Both the position numbers and the translations under genes were made by a program. From IMG/VR virus record IMGVR_UViG_3300035698_025354: a stretch of 64,000 nucleotides of DNA; one strand, 5' to 3'. This document shows, piece after piece, positions 57,464 to 64,000 of the stretch. This DNA comes from a virus (Duplodnaviria > Heunggongvirae > Uroviricota > Caudoviricetes). How positions within the stretch are numbered: position 1 is the first letter of the stretch; each line of letters opens with the position of its first letter. The notes beneath the pieces were generated by a model. That model was not told the DNA's origin, ran no database searches, and saw only the letters and a program-made list of their open reading frames with translations.

Positions 57464-58211
57464 CGAATGGGTTAATCCAATATATTTGGATAGTGAATAT
57501 GTTGATTCAGTTAAAGAATCTATTATCGCAAAGCCAGATATTAAATATGCTGTTTTAGATAATTTTTTTAAAACTGATAAACTTGATGAGCTGATTGAAT
57601 CTCATAGTAGGCTTAATTTTAGTGAAGAGAATGATAGAAGATCAAAAGATGGTGTATGGTTACCATATGATGGAGCAGTTGTTTTTGCTAAAAAAGATAA
57701 GCATTTTGGGTCAGAATTGTTTTATGATGATGAATGGCATAGGTATTGTTGTTATATTACTGGTACTAAAATAGATAAAATTGGTACAGAGATAAAATTA
57801 AGGTATCATAAACCACTAGCTGATGGTTTTTGGATTCACACAGATAGTACAATTAGAGATTTAGTAATTATTTGTTATTTTAATAAGGGGTGGACTGCTA
57901 AAGATGGTGGGCTATTACAACTTTGGAGGATGGACGAAGAGGTATCAGAAAAAGCCTTGCGTGTAGAAAGACCAAAAGGCCGCCTCAATTGCTTAAAGTC
58001 CAAGAGAATACAAACGAAAACACCGGGAGGCGGTTTTCCGGATAATGAGGTGCACGATCTTGTTCTCATAGACCAAATAGTGCCCGCATATAATCGTGTG
58101 TTTATATGCAACTTTAAAGATCTTCCAGCATATCATAGCGTGACTCCAAGTAATGGTAAAATCCGCTTGGGTTTTGTTCAATGGCTGTTTGAAGGAGAAA
58201 ATCGTGGCTGA
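57450..58211 (+). CDS. 2-oxoglutarate/Fe(II) dioxygenase (prolyl-hydroxylase-like)
   Basis: WIHTD (HxD), ICYFN.GW...DGGLL.L, P.YNR, YHSV, R; GGAG RBS before ATG 57450. Confidence 0.85.
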   Translation: MGIIDEWVNPIYLDSEYVDSVKESIIAKPDIKYAVLDNFFKTDKLDELIESHSRLNFSEENDRRSKDGVWLPYDGAVVFAKKDKHFGSELFYDDEWHRYCCYITGTKIDKIGTEIKLRYHKPLADGFWIHTDSTIRDLVIICYFNKGWTAKDGGLLQLWRMDEEVSEKALRVERPKGRLNCLKSKRIQTKTPGGGFPDNEVHDLVLIDQIVPAYNRVFICNFKDLPAYHSVTPSNGKIRLGFVQWLFEGENRG

Positions 58212-58914
58212 TAAAGAATGGGTTATAAAAGCAAAAAAAGATCTTGGTGAGCTTGATAAGGATCAACTTATAACCAAAATAATCAAACAAAGAAAAGACA
58301 CATATTCTAAAACAGGTAAAAGAAACGTTGCTACAGCCAAGACACATGAAAGAAGATGTAAAAAGTTATTAACAGAATGGTCTGGGACGGAATTTAGAAG
58401 GCGGCGAGTTGAGGGAAGAGGAGATGATGTAAGTGTTGTCGAAGGTGTCGCCGATATAATACCAGTTAAAGGCCAAATAATTTTTGCTATAGAATCAAAA
58501 AAGGGCGAAAAATTCAGCTTAAATGGGCTGTTTGATAATATCGAGGGAGCCCTGTTTACTAAGTGGTGGCATCAAGCATCATATGATGCAGAATTATTAA
58601 CAAAAAACACTGGTCAAAAAAGATGGCCGTTATTATTTTTTAAACCGATTCCGGCATGGGATTGGGTTGCTGTACCAATCGAATGTTTTAAACAGGAAAT
58701 ATTAAAACCAAAAGAGAATAATACTTCTGGCAATAATTGTTGGTTTCCACACATTAAATTTGAAAGATATGAGAGTGTTGGTCCAATCGAACATAATATA
58801 TCGACATCGAACAAAAACCCTATTATGTATGGTATTAAATTAGAGCCATGTATTATGTGTAGATGGCAAGATTTTGCGGATGGGGTTGATCCTTCTAGCA
58901 TTTTTGTGGAATAA
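58204..58914 (+). CDS. PD-(D/E)XK nuclease, Holliday-junction-resolvase-like
   Basis: K.HER...L...G.EFRR...G...ADII...AIESKK; GTG start after GGAG. Confidence 0.75.
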   Translation: MADKEWVIKAKKDLGELDKDQLITKIIKQRKDTYSKTGKRNVATAKTHERRCKKLLTEWSGTEFRRRRVEGRGDDVSVVEGVADIIPVKGQIIFAIESKKGEKFSLNGLFDNIEGALFTKWWHQASYDAELLTKNTGQKRWPLLFFKPIPAWDWVAVPIECFKQEILKPKENNTSGNNCWFPHIKFERYESVGPIEHNISTSNKNPIMYGIKLEPCIMCRWQDFADGVDPSSIFVE

Positions 58915-58916
58915 TC

Positions 58917-59087
58917 ATGGGCTGTAATTCATGTAATAATACTGGTAATAGTAATCCTATTAAAATAATTAGATCCTCTTCTGAGAATTTAAAAGTCTCT
59001 AATAGCAGAGCACCTATAAGAATTAATAATAAAGTCAGTGTGAGACATATAAAATCACATAATGATGTTGATAAATATAGATTATAG
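58917..59087 (+). CDS. 56-aa basic microprotein starting MGCNSC
   Basis: Hand-translated; begins 2 nt after the upstream stop. Confidence 0.6.
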   Translation: MGCNSCNNTGNSNPIKIIRSSSENLKVSNSRAPIRINNKVSVRHIKSHNDVDKYRL

Positions 59088-59144
59088 CATCAAAAATTTA
59101 AATAGTGATTTTTAGATTGATGTCTTTAGCTGAAGGATAATCCT

Positions 59145-59417
59145 ATGGGTTGTTGCGGCGGTGGTGATAGATCTGTGCGTAAGATGCGTGTTAATAGATC
59201 ATCATCTAAAAAGAAGAAAAAAATTGTACAACAAAGAGTTATAAATAATGATTCTGTGAGGAAACAATCTATCCCTATTGATAGAAGTGTATCTTTAAAA
59301 AGACAGGCTCTTGTTCGTGACGATAGATGTAATAAGTGTGATGGTGGTATTATGTTAGTAAATATTGCTGGACGAGAAAGAAAACAATGTGTTAATTGTG
59401 GGCATATTCTTAAATGA
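59145..59417 (+). CDS. Basic protein starting MGCCGG with a C-terminal Zn ribbon
   Basis: AAGGA RBS; CNKC...CVNC. Confidence 0.75.
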   Translation: MGCCGGGDRSVRKMRVNRSSSKKKKKIVQQRVINNDSVRKQSIPIDRSVSLKRQALVRDDRCNKCDGGIMLVNIAGRERKQCVNCGHILK

Positions 59418-59809
59418 TTATTTTACAACTTATGATTATGGTTTTAGCCGTTGAGGCAATATCTGAAATTATTGTCGATTCATATATAACCGATGGTTGC
59501 AGAAATAAAATTAAAAGAATAGCGTATAATCCTGACAAACCTCCAGATGATACCATATTTCACAATTTTATAGTATTTGTTGATAAATTGGTATCATGTG
59601 GGTATTGCACTAGCGTGTGGGTTAGTGGATTTCTTTCAATTTGGTCCCCGCAATTATTTGAGAATGGTTTAGTCAATTGGGTTTGTTTTACATTTATGAT
59701 TCACAGATCATCAAATTGGGCACATGTTCTTTTTCAATTAGTTAAAAAGGGTCGTGTCTTCACATGTGATATTATACTTAAGCACGTGTATTCTAAAGAG
59801 GAAAAATAA
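59414..59809 (+). CDS. DUF1360-like membrane protein
   Basis: Hydrophobic helices around LVSCGYCTSVWVS. Confidence 0.7.
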   Translation: MIILQLMIMVLAVEAISEIIVDSYITDGCRNKIKRIAYNPDKPPDDTIFHNFIVFVDKLVSCGYCTSVWVSGFLSIWSPQLFENGLVNWVCFTFMIHRSSNWAHVLFQLVKKGRVFTCDIILKHVYSKEEK

Positions 59810-60303
59810 TGGAAGCACTAGATCAAGCTAGACAAAGAGAATTGCGTAGGTTACATCCCAGCATCGCTGATCCAGTTATTATAAAATCTTTTCAAGATAT
59901 AAAGATAGCAATAGCAGAATTTGATCCAAAAAAGAATCCTCGTGCTGATATTGTAAACATCAGTACACAATTAAAGGATAACGAACACGTATACGCTGTT
60001 TCGGCTGAGACAAGGTCAAAGAGTAAAAGAGACCAACTTGTCGAAGGACTAGATGTGATTAGACACAGGATTGAAAATCAAGAACTGGCTAAAAATTCTT
60101 CACAAGAAATCGAAGTCAATGGTGTTATGGTTAAGCCACCAATGCTTGGAAATGGAATTGACTCTCACTCATGGGTTGACCCATTGATTAAACAATGGTT
60201 AGGCGGTAGCCGAAATGGTCTGTCTATCTATTGGGACTTAAATGACGGATATAGGTATAAGTATGACATCTATCAACATAAACTCAAGCGATCAAAAAAT
60301 TAA
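59809..60303 (+). CDS. Hypothetical protein
   Basis: 164-aa ORF, TAATG coupling. Confidence 0.8.
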   Translation: MEALDQARQRELRRLHPSIADPVIIKSFQDIKIAIAEFDPKKNPRADIVNISTQLKDNEHVYAVSAETRSKSKRDQLVEGLDVIRHRIENQELAKNSSQEIEVNGVMVKPPMLGNGIDSHSWVDPLIKQWLGGSRNGLSIYWDLNDGYRYKYDIYQHKLKRSKN

Positions 60304-60598
60304 TCCACCACCATTAGCACAATACAAGCCATTATCAGAGTATTTACCAGAGTATGGCGACTATGTTATCTGGTCTGGCTTGTTTACTGTAAAGCACGGG
60401 TTCGTGTTAGGGCTTGATGTGACATCTGGTAAACTTAACATAGTGTTTGAAAATCTACCAGTATTGTTACTTACTATGATTGAAGAAGAATATGGTAGTA
60501 ACACTAAACAAATTTCGTTAGGCACGATTAAAAAATCAAGAAATGGAACTTATGCAATCCAACAGAAAATCGGCAACTCAACAATCTGGTACATTTGA
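60242..60598 (+). CDS. Hypothetical protein
   Basis: 118-aa ORF; true start may be further downstream. Confidence 0.7.
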   Translation: MTDIGISMTSININSSDQKINPPPLAQYKPLSEYLPEYGDYVIWSGLFTVKHGFVLGLDVTSGKLNIVFENLPVLLLTMIEEEYGSNTKQISLGTIKKSRNGTYAIQQKIGNSTIWYI

Positions 60599-61178
60599 TC
60601 AAGTTCCAACGATTTTACCATATCCAAAATTTTTACCATTTGAATCAACTCCGAGCATATATAATTTATTTTGTTATGTTATAAAGCATTATGGAACAGA
60701 CGGATTGTCTGTATTGATCTATAGGCAACCAGAAACTGATAGTATAGCAGTTTTATTTGGGGATTGGAAAGGTAACAATATTGACATTGAAACTGATAAT
60801 CCAACTCAAATTGTTGATATCGCAAATAAATTTATTGAATACGATCTTGTAAAATTTATTAATTTAATGCATAGTATTAATATAAAACAGGCTCAATTCT
60901 TTTTTGCTGTTGATGATAATGGTTTAGTTCTAGTTGACATGCAGGTTTCATTGAATAAATTTGTTGGTCCTGGGATGATTAGAGACATATTTGGAAATAT
61001 CTATAGAACGCAAGAAATTAAAAAAATTGAAGTTATTGACGAACGAGCTATAGAATATATTAACAAAGGTACTGGGTCTTATGAGGGTGATATTATTCTT
61101 AAGCCATCAAAATTTAAAATGCATCATGACCAAGTTTTAAATTCATATCAGCCGTTATATGTTGATGTTAAGAGATAA
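60543..61178 (+). CDS. Hypothetical protein
   Basis: 211-aa ORF. Confidence 0.75.
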   Translation: MELMQSNRKSATQQSGTFDQVPTILPYPKFLPFESTPSIYNLFCYVIKHYGTDGLSVLIYRQPETDSIAVLFGDWKGNNIDIETDNPTQIVDIANKFIEYDLVKFINLMHSINIKQAQFFFAVDDNGLVLVDMQVSLNKFVGPGMIRDIFGNIYRTQEIKKIEVIDERAIEYINKGTGSYEGDIILKPSKFKMHHDQVLNSYQPLYVDVKR

Positions 61179-61181
61179 AGC

Positions 61182-63170
61182 ATGCCTGAGTATATCAATC
61201 AAAATTCGTATGTGGTCCATCTACCTGGACCGGATGGTAAAATCATACATATCAAAAGCAATCAAAAGGTAATTTTAGATTCATACTTTGATAGATATTG
61301 TGCCAGAGGTTTTATAAAACCTCTAGCTGAAAATAAAAATATGAGAACTAACCAACAAAATAAACAAGTACAAGCAAAAATTAACCTCACAGCTAAACCA
61401 AAAGAAGTTCAACAGAAGCAACACCTGCAAAAACAATTAGTGCAAGCAGTTCCACAAATACAACCAAAATCACAGCCTAAGCAGCAGCCACAGCATCAAA
61501 ATAAAAGCACGCGTCAAGTAATTGATAAGGCAAAGAAAATATCACGTGGATCATTGGTTAGAAGAAAAGGTGCGACCGCAAGAATAAATAAAATAGAAAA
61601 TAAGCAAATAGTTGGACGAAAATTGGTTATTGACGCAACGCAGCTTTTACATAATAATCTAAAGAAAAATTCATTTTCTATAAGCAACAATATTGGCGTC
61701 GGGATCTTATCATATAACAGAAAAAGTTCTTTAAAAAGACTAATTGATTCTATAATCTCGAACACTGATCTTAGACGAACAACTATTTTTATCAGTGATG
61801 ATTGTAGTGATGATGAAGAAACCATTCAATATCTTAAAAATCTTAAAAAATCAAATAACTTTGTGGTTATTACAAATGATGAAAATATAGGTATTGCTGG
61901 TAACAGTAACAGATTATTAAGATGTTTAAAAAGATTTAAGTTTGGATTGTTGTTGAATGATGACGTTGAAGTAATAAAACCGGGTTGGGATAGGTTTTAT
62001 TCTGAAGCAACTAAACATACTAAAATTCATCATTTCCAATATAGAGAGCATGGGATTTATGGTGGTAAATTAGGCAATCTAGTTAATAAAGGCCCATTTG
62101 ATATTAGAGTGGTTGATCAAAGACCACAAGGTGCTATTTTATCATTTACAAGTAAAATGATTGAAAAATGTGGGTACTTTGATGAAGAATATGGTAAATA
62201 CGGGATGGAACATGTTGATTGGTCAATGAAACCATCTGAGTTTGGTATCCAAGAAATTGGGTTTTTTGATGTTGAAGGAAGCGATGGATACTTTAAAATT
62301 CACGACGATACCTCATCTATAGATGACACACGCAATAAATTGTTGCAGAATGCAAAAGTTAGATTCAATGGAAGACAAATAAGAAATAAAATCAACCTGA
62401 CAAATAAATCGGAAGTTTCTGGTGTATCATATGTGATACCATTTAGAAATATTTATAGGGAAAACAGCATTTTAACGGTTATTAATAATATTCGTGCACA
62501 AAAATATCCGGTTATTGATATAAATATTATAGAACAAGACGATGAAACAAATATCGATTCTAATAAGTTTTACCCTATATCACATTACTTGACTGAAAAA
62601 TGCGATATTAATTTGTTTAATAAATCTAAGGCATTTAACTTTGGAGTGTCTAAAGCTGCATGTGAACAAATTGTTTTGCATGATGCAGATATGCTTGTTT
62701 TAGACGATTATACGCAGAGAATCTCTGGGATTTTAGATAATCATGATGGTTGTCACCTTGGTGGTACGGTTATTTATACATCAGAAGATACTATGAATAA
62801 AATTAATTCTACTGGCGTTGTTGGTACAAATATGCCGTGTGAAAGAGTTGTTGGTTATTATGAGGGTGGATCTTTAGGTTGTTCTAAGAATGCATATTGG
62901 TCTGTTGGCGGATTTAATGAGGATTATTGGGGATATGGTTGCGAAGATTGCGATTTTTATGCTAGGTTATCAAAAGGATCTAAAAAATGGAAAGAAGATA
63001 GATCTTTTGATTTATTACATTTATGGCATGGTAGAGTTGAAGGGTGGAATAGTCATCACACGGATAATAAAGAATTAGAACGAAAATTGTCTGCATATCC
63101 TATCCAAGAAAGAATAAGAATGCAACGATCACAATTGCAAAAACTTGGATACGGTGAGTATTTAAAATAA
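61182..63170 (+). CDS. Tandem GT-A glycosyltransferase (GT2 plus GT2/GT7C) with a Q/K-rich N-terminus
   Basis: ILSYNR, ISDDCS, LLNDD, YGMEHVDW; then VIPFR, IIEQD, FNKSKAFN.G, LHDAD, GGFNEDYWGYGCED. Confidence 0.9.
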   Translation: MPEYINQNSYVVHLPGPDGKIIHIKSNQKVILDSYFDRYCARGFIKPLAENKNMRTNQQNKQVQAKINLTAKPKEVQQKQHLQKQLVQAVPQIQPKSQPKQQPQHQNKSTRQVIDKAKKISRGSLVRRKGATARINKIENKQIVGRKLVIDATQLLHNNLKKNSFSISNNIGVGILSYNRKSSLKRLIDSIISNTDLRRTTIFISDDCSDDEETIQYLKNLKKSNNFVVITNDENIGIAGNSNRLLRCLKRFKFGLLLNDDVEVIKPGWDRFYSEATKHTKIHHFQYREHGIYGGKLGNLVNKGPFDIRVVDQRPQGAILSFTSKMIEKCGYFDEEYGKYGMEHVDWSMKPSEFGIQEIGFFDVEGSDGYFKIHDDTSSIDDTRNKLLQNAKVRFNGRQIRNKINLTNKSEVSGVSYVIPFRNIYRENSILTVINNIRAQKYPVIDINIIEQDDETNIDSNKFYPISHYLTEKCDINLFNKSKAFNFGVSKAACEQIVLHDADMLVLDDYTQRISGILDNHDGCHLGGTVIYTSEDTMNKINSTGVVGTNMPCERVVGYYEGGSLGCSKNAYWSVGGFNEDYWGYGCEDCDFYARLSKGSKKWKEDRSFDLLHLWHGRVEGWNSHHTDNKELERKLSAYPIQERIRMQRSQLQKLGYGEYLK

Positions 63171-63210
63171 TTAACGCTATTTACAATAACCTAGTTGAAA
63201 GTTGAATAAA

Positions 63211-64000
63211 ATGCGTATTTTGCTATGCCAAAGAGTTGGCGGAGCCTTTGGTTATATAACAGACGGAATTTTAAATGCTCTTAAAGATCGTGGCCATATG
63301 GTTCAGAGATGGGGAGGAGATGAACAATCATGGTTTCAATTTAATCCAGATCTATATATTGGATGTTCCGGGCATAAACAAGATATACCGAAGGATTCTT
63401 CAACTAAGATCGCGATTCATGTTAACCCATATGGCCCAGTTAATATGAATGGCATAAATGAATCAAGAGAAAACATTGATTGGGTGACGTCAAAAAATCC
63501 AGATGTCGTGTTTGGTTATGGTTTTGACTCTGATAGGATTATTTGGTCATATTGGGAACAAAAAAATAATATTAAATGGGTTCCAATGCCAACTGCTGGC
63601 GATAAAGTGATGTTTAGAAATTTGAATATCGAGAGAGATTTAGATGTTGTTTATCTTGGCGGAAGATGGGAATATAAGGGTTTAACTATTGACCCATACC
63701 TGTTACCAGTATTAAGAGATGATCGAATCACTTTTAAATTGCATGGTTGGGGTGATTGGCCAAATAATATATGTAGTGGTGTTCTTGAAGAAAATCATGT
63801 TAATAAATTTTTCAATAGAGGAAAAATTTGTCCATGTATGTCTGAAAGACATACTCATCAATATGGAATAGATATTCCGGAGAGAGCCTGGAAAGTTGCC
63901 TTATGTGGTACTTTAGCGATTCATGATCCGGTTCCAACTCTTAGAGATAAATTTAAGAGTCTAGTTATTTCACAAAATCCTGAAAATTTTAAAGATCTGT
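63211..64000 (+). CDS. CgeB-like GT-B glycosyltransferase (partial, runs off the window)
   Basis: Not in the track; hand-translated as MRILLCQRVGG...DVVYLGG...KLHGWGDW...PERAWKVALCG, open to 64000. Confidence 0.75.
   Translation, partial: MRILLCQRVGGAFGYITDGILNALKDRGHMVQRWGGDEQSWFQFNPDLYIGCSGHKQDIPKDSSTKIAIHVNPYGPVNMNGINESRENIDWVTSKNPDVVFGYGFDSDRIIWSYWEQKNNIKWVPMPTAGDKVMFRNLNIERDLDVVYLGGRWEYKGLTIDPYLLPVLRDDRITFKLHGWGDWPNNICSGVLEENHVNKFFNRGKICPCMSERHTHQYGIDIPERAWKVALCGTLAIHDPVPTLRDKFKSLVISQNPENFKDL

Noticed and set aside
60543-61178. Degenerate ligase/nucleotidyltransferase (KHYGTDG...YEGDIILKP)
   Set aside because: The motif resemblance is too loose to support without a profile search.
1-64000. 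Stop-codon reassignment, as in some huge phages
   Set aside because: Conserved proteins are full length in the standard code and end at TAA, TAG (gp46) or TGA (RecA, PurZ).

Overview
AT-rich, densely coding segment of a very large (jumbo/huge) tailed bacteriophage, read with the standard genetic code. It has a T4-like replication/recombination core: gp46/gp47 (SbcCD/Rad50-Mre11), RecA, gp41/DnaB helicase, UvsY-like mediator, gp32-like SSB, 5'-3' exonuclease, Holliday-junction resolvase, a gp55-like late sigma and GroES. Its replicase is a family C polymerase (DnaE) split into two genes without an intein, and there is also a stripped-down family A polymerase domain. The standout is a clear PurZ (2-aminoadenine, Z-base synthesis) at 8596-9714. 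No DatZ or MazZ is recognisable in this window. Instead purZ shares a same-strand cluster with a dNMP N-glycosidase-like (NDT fold) gene, a DeoC-like barrel and a xylose-isomerase-like barrel, which suggests an alternative Z-genome pathway. Other notable content: a >2186-aa virion adhesin missed by the ORF track (YWTD propeller, LamG, repeats); a collagen/polyproline protein carrying a Hint domain; an actin-like ATPase; a sigma-70 with a zinc-ribbon insertion; a CoaB-class II aldolase fusion; QueC-like, FAD-oxidoreductase, sulfotransferase and prolyl-hydroxylase-like genes; five glycosyltransferase-like genes; a hairpin-rich ~0.7 kb non-coding region; and several low-complexity microproteins. 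All family assignments come from motif reading, not database searches.
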